A DNA stretch of 63,958 nucleotides, counting the filler, from an uncultured bacterium (GTDB lineage Bacteria > CAYJOG01): NCBI GenBank assembly GCA_964371695.1. It is 15 parts of 15 records of this genome, joined end to end, with 100 filler letters (N's around TTAATTAATTAA, not from the genome) between each part and the next. Parts side by side here need not be neighbours in the genome. Positions count along the whole stretch, not along the records: positions 39,116 to 43,306 come from CAYJOG010000313.1; positions 43,407 to 47,584 come from CAYJOG010000314.1; positions 47,685 to 51,860 come from CAYJOG010000315.1; 12 more parts are not named here. The stretch is one strand, 5' to 3'. The first letter of the stretch is position 1, and each line of letters opens with the position of its first letter. The notes beneath the pieces were generated by a model. That model was not told where the DNA came from, ran no database searches, and saw only the letters and a program-made list of their open reading frames with translations. The position numbers and the translations under genes are program-made. This document shows positions 39,116 to 49,194 of this stretch, piece after piece.

Positions 39116-40616
39116 GGTGGCCACGGTGCGCGACACCACCGGCCATGTGAATTATCTGGACGACCCCGGCCCCGCCGCCCTCACCGAGCACCTCACCTAT
39201 TCCTATCTGGTGGTGGCTTTTGACGACGGCCTGAACCCGGCGGGACTCGCCAACACCAGCAGCCAGAGCGCCATCGTGGATCAATACAAAAACTGCGTGG
39301 GCGCGCCCCTTGCCCCCATTGTTTTGCAGCAGTGCGTCATGCCCCCCAAACCCAGCACACTGGCGCTCACCTTCAACAGCGGCCCCAACCCCACCGGCGC
39401 GCCCATCACGGGGTTTGTGCTTGAAACCGCCGATCACGCCGCCGGGCCGTGGCGGCTCACGGGCGTGACGGTGGCCTATCTGGGCCCCAACCTCACCCAC
39501 AGCGCCGCGCTGGATTACCCCGGCTTTGACGGTGTTTATCACTATCGTCTGCTGGCCCAGGCCAACTATGGCGGCGGCCTGACGCTGGAAAGCAACCCCA
39601 GCCCGCCGGGCGTGCTCACCGCCACCTGTCAGGCGCTGATTGCCCAGGGGGCCTTGCCCAGCGAGAAAAAGGACTGTGGTTACACCGGCAACCCGTGGTT
39701 TGCAGCCACCAACCCCACCACCCTGGCCCAACCCCAGGACGCCACCTATGCCCGCGACCCCAACACCGGCACGGCCAATGTGTTTGTCAACGACGCCACC
39801 CACCGTCTGGTGATGGTGTTTGAGGAACAGTGCCTGAACCCCGGCGGTCCCGGCAAGTTTGGCGTGGTGAACACGCTGAACGGCCAGACCAGCAACTTCA
39901 CCGGCACCACCGCCATCACCCGCACCAATTTTTCGGACTTCGGCGCGCACAACACACCCGAAACCCTGCTGGTCACCCGCAACTATGGCCGAGCTGGTTA
40001 TCTGTATAAATGCACCACACAGGGCCAGTGCGTGCTGGACCTGCAAACCCTGAACCAGAACCTGATGGGCGTGGCGCTGGACCCTGGCCACCAGTTTCTC
40101 TATGTCACCAACAAAACCCGCATCACGAAATATCCCTATGGGGGCGGCGTGTCCCGCGAGGCGGTGGCCAGCCGCAACACCGTCAACGCCTATGGCGTGG
40201 ACACCGACGGCGCGGGCAACGTGTATTACACCGACCTGGCCCTGAACCAGATTGTGGTGCTCGACGCAAACCTCTCTACCCAGTTGCGCACACTGGGCCG
40301 ACAGGGCAGCGCGCCGGGGCAGTTCAACCAGCCCTGGGGCCTGCACGTGATGAAAAAGAAAAACCGCCTGTTTGTGGCCGACCGCAACAACCACCGCATT
40401 CAGGTGCTGGACCCCCTGAGCGGCCTGCCCTATGCCAGCTTTGGCAGCCGGGGCATGTGCTCACCCGGCAAGGCCTGCCCGGAGGGAGCCTTTTATGAAC
40501 CCCGCGCGGTGCATGTGATCGAAGACGAAAACAGCCCGCGTTTCGAGCAGGTCATCGTGGCCGACACGGGCAACCACCGGGTGGTGTTCTACAACCCGCC
40601 GCTGATGGGGTTCTGA
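39116..40616 (+). CDS. Extracellular protein with FN3-like segments and C-terminal NHL beta-propeller, 5'-truncated
   Basis: YSYLVVAFD, YHYRLLA; GSAPGQFNQPWG, FVADRNNHRIQV, IVADTGNHRV. Confidence 0.8.
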
Positions 40617-40620
40617 AAAA

Positions 40621-40865
40621 AGGAGGGTGGAAAAAGAAAAGGCCCCATCGTTCCCGCCGTCATTCCCGCCAACGCGGGAAACCAGTTAAAAAAAAAAAAC
40701 AAAACCATTTATCTTTTCTTTCAGTGGGGCGGGCGGCCTCGCCCGCCACGAAAAGAAAAAGGTTTTCAGCCCTTTTTGTTCAGGCAGGCGGGGACGCCTG
40801 CCCCACTGCTGTTGGCCCACTGCGTGCCAGCCTTCCAGAGTAGCGGCGACGCCCCCGTCGTCGTA
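40621..40865 (+). repeat. Composite repeat copy 3 plus GTGG/GTAG REPs
   Basis: GGCCCCATCGTTCCCGCCGTCATTCCCGCCAACGCGGGAAACCAG, followed by an inverted CAGTGGGGCGGGC pair. Confidence 0.8.
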
Positions 40866-40894
40866 AAGGCCAAACACCCTGTTAGGATGCCCCG

Positions 40895-41512
40895 GTGGAA
40901 AACAGCGGCATGTTTTATTTGTACCTGGGGGTGGTTCTGCTGGTGTCGCTGACTTTTCACGAGGTGGCCCACGGCATGGTGGCGCTTTTATTCGGCGCCC
41001 AGACCGCCAAAAACGAGGGCCGCCTCACGCTCAACCCTCTCAAACACCTGGACCCTGCGGGCACGGTGTTTTTCCTGCTCTTCAAGTTTGGCTGGGGCAA
41101 ACCGGTGCCGGTGGACCCGATGAATTTCAAGAACCCCCGGCGGGACATGGCCATCACCGCCCTGGCTGGCCCGGCCACCAATCTGGTGCTGGCGTTTCTG
41201 TTCGCCCAGGCGTTGAAACTGCTGCAGGTGGTGCCGGTGGCTCTGCCCGCCAGGGAAATGGTGGAGTTCCTGGCCCTGGGGCTTCAGGTGAACGTGATGC
41301 TGATGATCTTCAACCTGCTGCCTTTTCCGCCGCTGGACGGGGGTCATGTGCTGATGTATTTCATCCGCGACAAACAGGTGGCGCTGGCGGTGTCCCAGCG
41401 TGGCCCGGCGTTTTTTCTGGTGCTCATGCTCATCAATTACCTCACCGGCGGCGTGGTGCTGGGCGCCATTTTTTTCCCCATCATCGAAGCCATCATGAGT
41501 GTGCTGCTGTAA
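40895..41512 (+). CDS. Site-2 protease (M50) family protein
   Basis: HEVAHG, GRLTLNPLKHLDP, AGPATN, FNLLPFPPLDG. Confidence 0.95.
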   Translation: MENSGMFYLYLGVVLLVSLTFHEVAHGMVALLFGAQTAKNEGRLTLNPLKHLDPAGTVFFLLFKFGWGKPVPVDPMNFKNPRRDMAITALAGPATNLVLAFLFAQALKLLQVVPVALPAREMVEFLALGLQVNVMLMIFNLLPFPPLDGGHVLMYFIRDKQVALAVSQRGPAFFLVLMLINYLTGGVVLGAIFFPIIEAIMSVLL

Positions 41513-41543
41513 AAAAAACACCGCTCCCATGGGGGAGCGGTGT
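41511..41543 (-). terminator. Intrinsic terminator downstream of tRNA-Leu
   Basis: ACACCGCTCCC-loop-GGGAGCGGTGT with T tract on the minus strand. Confidence 0.8.
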
Positions 41544-41553
41544 CTGGGGCGGG

Positions 41554-41637
41554 TGCCGAGGAAAGGACTCGAACCTTCACAAGCTTTCACTCACTAGAAC
41601 CTGAATATATCGCGTCTACCAATTCCGCCACCTCGGC
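41554..41637 (-). tRNA. tRNA-Leu(CAG) with two anticodon-stem mismatches
   Basis: GCCGAGGTGGCGGAATTGGTAGACGCG ATATA-TTCAGGT-TCTAG, variable arm, GGTTCGAGTCC; no encoded CCA; promoter TTGGCC-N17-TAAAAT at 41649-41677. Confidence 0.88.
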
Positions 41638-41691
41638 AGTGGAGAAACATTTTACACGGTTTGGCCGGTCGGGCCAAGGGGGGACGGGGTG

Positions 41692-42561
41692 TTACACCCA
41701 GTCCAGGTGCTTCTTGCCCAGGGGAATCTCCAGCTTGGTGTTTTTGCCCGACTCCACCTTGATGCCACCCTGGCGCACCGGCTTCAGTCCCTCGCCCACC
41801 ACCACAATGGCGTATTCGCCCGCAGGCACGTCGGTGAGCTTGAAGCGGCCAAACTGGTCGGTGAGGGTCCAGTACGGATTGTCCGCCACCAGCCGCCAGC
41901 CGCGCTCCCAGGGGTGAGGACCGCAGTTCAGTTCATAAAAACCGGGTTTTTTCACGTTGGCCTTCACGCGGTCGCCCTGGTTGGGCGTGGCCACGTTGAA
42001 GAGTTGCCGCCCCCCCAGCTTGCCCTTGAGCGCGTGCAGGTAGGGGTCGGTGTTCTGCACCACCACTTCGATGGGGCCGGTTTTGGTGCCGTCCTTGGTG
42101 AGGTAATACACGTCAAACCGGGGCAGGATGAAGGCGTCCTGCTGGTTGATGAGGTTTTCCTTCACCGGCGGAAAGGGTTTGCCCGCCGGGATGGACTCGA
42201 TGCCGATGTACACGTCTTTGAGGCCGCTGGGGCTGCCATAGAGGCTGGCCCAGGTGCGGGGGTTGCGGTCTTTCACTTCGGGCTGGCCGGTGACGGGCCG
42301 CGTGATGGGCGGGGGAAAGGCCCCGGCAAAACCGATGAGGCCGGAGATCATGCCGCCGCCCGACACCTCGCCACCTTTATATCCCCCGGCGGCCTGGGCG
42401 GGGGGCGCCCACTTCAGGCTGCTGGCCATATACAAACCACCCCCCAGGGCCACGGCCCCCAGCTTGAGCAGGCTGCGGCGGCTCACCTTGTGGTCCAGAC
42501 CCCGGGCGGCCAGGTCCAGCAGTTCTTCAAAAGATTCGGGTTGTTTCAAATCGCGGGCCAT
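41692..42561 (-). CDS. Tat-exported cupredoxin-like / carboxypeptidase-regulatory-like domain protein
   Basis: SRRSLLK Tat motif; NTDPYLH, CGPHPW, TDQFGRFKLTDVPAGEY. Confidence 0.75.
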   Translation of the reverse strand: MARDLKQPESFEELLDLAARGLDHKVSRRSLLKLGAVALGGGLYMASSLKWAPPAQAAGGYKGGEVSGGGMISGLIGFAGAFPPPITRPVTGQPEVKDRNPRTWASLYGSPSGLKDVYIGIESIPAGKPFPPVKENLINQQDAFILPRFDVYYLTKDGTKTGPIEVVVQNTDPYLHALKGKLGGRQLFNVATPNQGDRVKANVKKPGFYELNCGPHPWERGWRLVADNPYWTLTDQFGRFKLTDVPAGEYAIVVVGEGLKPVRQGGIKVESGKNTKLEIPLGKKHLDWV

Positions 42562-42658
42562 GAGGGTGACTCCTGAGGGAATTTAAGCCACGACATGATA
42601 ATCACCCCACAGGAGAGATGCATCCTGAAATCAGGCTCGCATCCATCCACCGGAGCGC

Positions 42659-43132
42659 TCAACGGCCTTTTTTATAGAGCGTTTCGGCGCGTTTTTTCAT
42701 GTGGCTGAGCATGCTTTTCACGTTCTGCTCCATGAGTTTGTCCAGCAGCGGATCGATGAGGGGTTTGAGAAAACCGGGCAGGCCCAGGTCAAAATCCACC
42801 TTCAGCTCCATGCGGGTGATCTCCGGCTCGATTTCGGTAAACCGCCACTCGCCGCCATATTTTTTGTAATCCCCCTTGAGCTGCTGAAACCGGGCCACGT
42901 AGCCGGGGCGATCCCAGTGGTCCTTGCTTGTCCAGCGGATGGGGCGGCGGAAACCCACCACCTCGGCATAGGCGTCCCACTTGCTGCGGCGGTGGCCGTT
43001 GTCCATGGTTTCCAGCACGGCGACGGATTTCACGCTGGGCAGGAACTCCGGGTATTTCTCCACGTCCTGGGCCACGTCAAACAGGTGATCGCGGGAAGTG
43101 TTGACAAGAATTTTATCGTTGATGACGCCCAA
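42659..43132 (-). CDS. SRPBCC polyketide cyclase/RatA-like protein
   Basis: DVEKYPEFLPSV, FQQLKGDYKKYGGEWRF; GAGG RBS before TTG 43132. Confidence 0.85.
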   Translation of the reverse strand: MGVINDKILVNTSRDHLFDVAQDVEKYPEFLPSVKSVAVLETMDNGHRRSKWDAYAEVVGFRRPIRWTSKDHWDRPGYVARFQQLKGDYKKYGGEWRFTEIEPEITRMELKVDFDLGLPGFLKPLIDPLLDKLMEQNVKSMLSHMKKRAETLYKKGR

Positions 43133-43169
43133 GGTGACCTCGCTCGGTTTGTGGTGGCGACATGATACA

Positions 43170-43306
43170 GGCCAGAGGCCGGAGACTGGAGGCTGGGAAA
43201 AGCAAAAGCCGCCACTCTTCCCCGCCGTCATTCCCGCGAAAGCGGGAATCCAGGTCAGAAAAAAATGTTTTTGTCCCTTTTTTCAGGCGGGCGAGGACGC
43301 CCGCCC
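43170..43306 (+). repeat. Composite repeat copy 4
   Basis: GGCCAGA GGCCGGA GACTGGA GGCTGGG, CGTCATTCCCGCGAAAGCGGGAATCCAG, TCAGGCGGGCGAGGACGCCCGCCC. Confidence 0.85.
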
Positions 43307-43406
43307 NNNNNNNNNNNNNNNNNNNNNNNNNNNNNNNNNNNNNNNNNNNNTTAATTAATTAANNNNNNNNNNNNNNNNNNNNNNNNNNNNNNNNNNNNNN
43401 NNNNNN

Positions 43407-44906
43407 CTTGAGAGAAGTTTCGTCTTTGTCGCGCCACACGTTCATTGCACGCCCCAGGGCCAAACGGGGGGTGAGGGGCGCTGCGCTCGCCAGCACAATC
43501 ACGTTGCTGCCGCCATGCACCGGCACCACAAACTGATGGGGCAGGGCGGGTTTGAGCGAAGCCAGCACGCGGTTCAGAAACCCCCTGTTTTCACCGGGCA
43601 TGGCAAAGTTGAACGCCAGCAGGCCATCGGGCGGCATCAGGCGCGTTATCGCCTGAAAACACTCCTGCGTGAGCAGATAAAACGGGATGTTGTTCTGGTG
43701 ATACACGTCCAGCACAATCAGATCGTAGGGGCCTTTGAGTGAGCGCAGCATGGGTCGGGCGTCGGCAATGTGCAGGGTGTCTTTTTCGGGGGTGACACCG
43801 AAATATTCCTGCGCCAGACGGGCAAACACGGGGTCAATCTCCACGGCTTCCACTTTTGCCTTGGGAAAATGATCTCTCAGCAACTGATAACTGATGCCAC
43901 CGCCAAAACCCAGCACCAGGGCGTGGCGCAGTTCCGGGTTGGATTTGGCCATGACACCCGCCATGGCGATGTCCCAGTAACTGCCGGTATAAAACGGATA
44001 AATCCCTGCACGGGCCAGGGGTTTTTTGCTGTAGGCGTACATGCCGTCGTTCACGCCGATGTATCTGAAACCCCCCGATTCAAACACCTGGGCGTAGACA
44101 TAGGGGGTTTCGGCTTCTTCCAGCAACAGCGCCGCCGGGTTGGCGGTGACGTGGTCCTTGAGCGGTGTGCGTGAAGCTGTCAGACCCGGCAGCAAAAACA
44201 ACAGGGCCGCGCCTGCCGACAGGGCTTTTTCTCTCAGCCCCAGGCCGGTGAACACCAGCCCCAGTAGGGTGAAGAGCGCCAGCGTGAGCAGGCTCAGTTT
44301 CACACCCAGATAAGCCACCAGAACAAAGTTGGCCACGAGCACACCCAGACAACTGCCCAGCGTGCCCAAACCCATGAGGCGACCCGCCAGCCGCCCCGGG
44401 TGTTCTTCTTTGGGGCCAAGCAGTGCAAACAACACCGGCGAAACCGCACACAGCGGGGCCAGAGAAGGCGCCGCCAGAATCAGCGACACAAAAAACAGCA
44501 CCCCGTTGATTTTCATGACGGGCGCACCGTGCAGAAACACCCGCGTGGCGACAGCCTCAAGAAAGGCCGGGCCCCACAGGGGTACGGTGGCCTGAAACAA
44601 ACCGCTTGCCAGCAGCAAACCCGTCAGCAAATGCTTTTTGTTCACGGTGCGGGCCGATAATTCTGCCCCCAGAAAATTGCCCAGGGCAATGCACAACACG
44701 ATGGTGGTGATGGCCGCACCCCAGGTATAAAAGGTGGCTCCGAAAAACGGTGACAACAGGCGCACCAGCGTCATTTCCAGCGCCAGCGTCACCAGCCCCC
44801 CCAACAGCGCCAGGGCATAGGCTCCCCACGCCGAAAAACCAGGGGCCGCGCCCGCTTTGGGCACGGCCGATTTTTTGGAGAGAGCACTGGCCTTGGCGCG
44901 GGCCAT
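43407..44906 (-). CDS. Fused membrane domain/spermidine synthase-like methyltransferase, 3'-truncated
   Basis: LEMTLVRLLSPFFG plus several TMs; LVLGFGGG, VEIDP, DAR, YDLIVLDVY. Confidence 0.88.
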
Positions 44907-44915
44907 GGGTCAGAC

Positions 44916-46151
<1,236 letters not shown>

Positions 46152-46283
46152 AGGTTTCTCCTGTATATATAGGGTATGGCCAGCAGGCTGGCGAATGGGG
46201 GATTTTACCCACGGCGGCGGTTCTCACAACCGCATAGGCCAAATGACTAAAATCTCCCCATGCAGGCTGAGGGGGAAATCCGG

Positions 46284-46463
46284 GTGAAGTTCTGCCCCCT
46301 GTGCGGCAGTCGCCTGCGGCCGGTGGCAGACACCCCCCAGGGCCTGTGGTGCGAATGGTGCGAAACGGCCTTTCCGCCGGTGTTGTGGCGAAATTTGGAC
46401 AAAACCAGCTCAAAAACAGTAAAAATCCAGCCTTTTTCTCCACAAACAGGCCCAAAACCCTGA
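46284..46463 (+). CDS. Small zinc-ribbon protein
   Basis: (M)KFCPLCG..CEWC, two CxxC pairs; purine-rich RBS before GTG. Confidence 0.45.
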   Translation: MKFCPLCGSRLRPVADTPQGLWCEWCETAFPPVLWRNLDKTSSKTVKIQPFSPQTGPKP

Positions 46464-46473
46464 AAATCTGGCC

Positions 46474-47455
46474 ATGTCCTCTACCAGCCCCGCCCTAAAA
46501 CCCAAAACCGTCTTCATCACCGGCGCCACAGGCCACCTGGGCAGTGAACTGACCCGCCAGCTCTGCGCCGAAGGCCACCGGGTGCGCGTGTTGTCGCGCC
46601 AAGGGGCGGATCTCTCTTGCCTGGAGGGTCTGCCGGTGAAGCCCGTGCCGGGAGAACTGGACGACCCGGCAAGCCTGCTGAAGGGCATGAAAGGGGCGGA
46701 CTGGGTGTTTCACGTGGCGGCCAACGTGAGCTTCTGGAACGGTCAGTGGACCAGCAGTTATCGCGTCAACGTGCAGGGCACCGCCCATGTGGCGCGGGCG
46801 GCCCTCAAGGCCGGGGTGGGGCGGATGGTGTATACCAGCACCGTGGCCACCCTGGGCAAAACAGACGGCCCCGATGTGCAGGAACTGGATGAAACCAGCG
46901 CCTACAACCTGGAAGAAAAAAATTTCGTCTACCCCCACACCAAATANNNNNNNNNNCGCCGTGATTGTCCACCCCAGCGTCATCGTGGGCCCCGGCGACC
47001 ACAAACGGCATTTTTTGCCCCTGTTTGAGCAGGCACGCAAGGGGGCTTTTCTGGTTTATCCCGAAGGCAATCGCAACGTGTGTGACGTGCGCGACGTGGC
47101 CCAGGGCCACCTGCTGGCCGCCGAAAAGGGCGTGCGGGACGAGCACTACATTCTGGCGGGCGAGAACCTGAAGAATGACGAACTGGTGCGGCTTTTCACG
47201 CAGGCGGTGGGGGGGCCGTCGCCCTGTCTGAAAATCCCGAAAGATATTTTCCGCGCCTTGGGGCGTTTTAACGACGCCCTGGCCAACCTCACCGGACAGG
47301 AACCGCTCATCACCACCGAAATGGCTTTTCAGGGTTCCCTCCATTACAGCATCAGCAACGAAAAAGCCCGGCGGGAACTGGGCTACAGCATCCGGCCCCA
47401 CCAGGAATCTTTCGATGACATGGTGGCGTGGTATCGGGGGGAAGGGTTGATTTAG
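46474..47455 (+). CDS. NAD-dependent epimerase/dehydratase (dihydroflavonol reductase/HpnA-like); gap at 46947-46956
   Basis: ITGATGHLG, VFHVAA, NVQGT, YTST, YPHTK, DVRDVAQGH. Confidence 0.9.
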
Positions 47456-47526
47456 CACCCGCGTCGGGTTCCATGACCGAAACAGGGTCGTAACTGTCAA
47501 GGATACGTTATAATGATGCGCCCTTT

Positions 47527-47584
47527 GGAGAGGTGGCCGAGTGGTTGAAGGCGGCGGTCTCGAAAACCGCTTAGGGTCTAAAGC
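47527..47584 (+). tRNA. tRNA-Ser(CGA), truncated by contig end
   Basis: GGAGAGGTGGCCGAGTGGTTGAAGGC, anticodon arm GCGGT-CTCGAAA-ACCGC; TATAAT at 47509-47514. Confidence 0.92.
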
Positions 47585-47684
47585 NNNNNNNNNNNNNNNN
47601 NNNNNNNNNNNNNNNNNNNNNNNNNNNNTTAATTAATTAANNNNNNNNNNNNNNNNNNNNNNNNNNNNNNNNNNNNNNNNNNNN

Positions 47685-47807
47685 GTGGAGGCCTTTGGCA
47701 AACTGGTGGCGGGCGAACTGGACGCGCTGCCCGAACAGGCGTTTTATATGAAGGGTGGCCTGGAGCAGGTGTATGAACACGCCAAACAACTGAAGGCCGT
47801 GGGCTAG
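47685..47807 (+). CDS. atpD: F1 ATP synthase beta subunit, C-terminal fragment
   Basis: Manual translation VEAFGKLVAGELDALPEQAFYMKGGLEQVYEHAKQLKAVG*; directly before atpC. Confidence 0.9.
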   Translation: MEAFGKLVAGELDALPEQAFYMKGGLEQVYEHAKQLKAVG

Positions 47808-47809
47808 TC

Positions 47810-48229
47810 ATGTCCGCGCCTTTCCTGCTGAAAATCATCACCCCCACCAAGGTGGGTTTTCAGGATCATGTGGAATATGCCGTGGCGCCGGGCCTGGATG
47901 GCGATTTTGGCGTGCTGAACGGCCATGCGCCGCTGCTGAGCGGCCTGCGCGTCGGCCTGCTCAAGCTGCGCCACCCCGACCAGACGGAACTCACCTTTGC
48001 CGTGGGCGAAGGCTTCTGCGAAGTGGTGAACGACACCATGGTGCTCATCACCGACTTCGCCGATCCCTCCCATGAGATAGACACCGAGCGGGCGCTGCAT
48101 TCCATGCATCGGGCCATTGACCGCCTTCAGGACCGCTACCAGCACGACGTGTCCCGCGCCGAGGCCAGTCTGGCCCGCGCCCGCATTCGCCTGCTGGCCA
48201 CAGGCAAGCTGGATCACACGGTGGATTGA
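47810..48229 (+). CDS. atpC: F1 ATP synthase epsilon subunit
   Basis: LKIITP, PGLDGDFGVLNGHAPL, GFCEV, SLARARIRL. Confidence 0.95.
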   Translation: MSAPFLLKIITPTKVGFQDHVEYAVAPGLDGDFGVLNGHAPLLSGLRVGLLKLRHPDQTELTFAVGEGFCEVVNDTMVLITDFADPSHEIDTERALHSMHRAIDRLQDRYQHDVSRAEASLARARIRLLATGKLDHTVD

Positions 48230-49084
48230 TCACCGCCCCGCCAGCGAAACGGAAAGTGCATAGGCGTTTTTTGCCGGGGGTTGGTAAAAACACCGGCGGG
48301 GGGTTTTCAGCCCCTGCACGTCTGCCGGGCAGATGCCCGAAAAAATTACCTGCATGTCCAGCAGCGAGGTGATCTTGAGCAGTTTTTCGGCGTGGGTCTG
48401 AAACGGCACGGGTGAAAAAAAGGTGGGCCTGGTGCAATCCACCACAAGGGTGTGGATGGGCAGCAACGCCAATTTGCCCAGTGAGACAAAACTGCCGGTG
48501 AAGTTTTCCAGGCCGGTTTTAATTCCGGCAGATTCCAGAAGCCGGGCGCGGTCGCTGAAATGGTGGGGGTTGCTGATGGCCTGTTCCTCTGGCAAAAGCA
48601 GGCCCGGCTGGTACGGATCAATCGGAAAGCTGGTGAGGGCTTTGAGCAAATGCGGGTGAAAAAACAGGCTGGCCGTGGTGTGGAAATATACGTGGTGGGC
48701 CGGTGTGGGCAGGTGTGCGTTCAGCTCCAGAAACCAGGCAAGGCCCTCTTGCAGATACCAGGAAAACAGGGAATAGAGCAACACGGGGGAACAGGATTTT
48801 TCCAGTTCAGCAAAATCCAGCAGGGCCGGTTGTTCCGGGTTGTTGTCCAGAATGAAAAACTCGATGGCGTGAATGGCGCCGGTCTGGCTGTCGTGTACCG
48901 GCCGACTACCGATGGAAAGCGCACGACAAGCCAGGGCCTGACCAAGAGCGTTGTCGCCGGGGTTGGGGCGGTGACTGGTTTTTTCCGTCAGGGGAGGGGG
49001 AGCCTGGTCATTTGGCTGTTTCCTTGCCGGGTTGGCGGCGGTTGGGCTGTGTGTGGCCAGTGTATGGAGAAAAAGTTTTGGCAT
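48230..49084 (-). CDS. Stand-alone degenerate EAL-domain protein
   Basis: RPVHDSQTGAIHAIEFF (cf. QPI.D..TG.I.G.EAL); LENFTGSFVSLGKLALLPIHTLVVD (cf. LDDFGTGYSSL..L..LP.D.LKID); start uncertain. Confidence 0.7.
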   Translation of the reverse strand: MPKLFLHTLATHSPTAANPARKQPNDQAPPPLTEKTSHRPNPGDNALGQALACRALSIGSRPVHDSQTGAIHAIEFFILDNNPEQPALLDFAELEKSCSPVLLYSLFSWYLQEGLAWFLELNAHLPTPAHHVYFHTTASLFFHPHLLKALTSFPIDPYQPGLLLPEEQAISNPHHFSDRARLLESAGIKTGLENFTGSFVSLGKLALLPIHTLVVDCTRPTFFSPVPFQTHAEKLLKITSLLDMQVIFSGICPADVQGLKTPRRCFYQPPAKNAYALSVSLAGR

Positions 49085-49194
49085 CTTGGCCAGATGAATG
49101 CAAAAAGCGTGCCGGAACCCGGTCAGCGGGCCGAAGCGGGTTTTGTCTTCCCGGTTGTTCCTCGTGTCCAGTGCGGGTATAAACCATTACCCGG

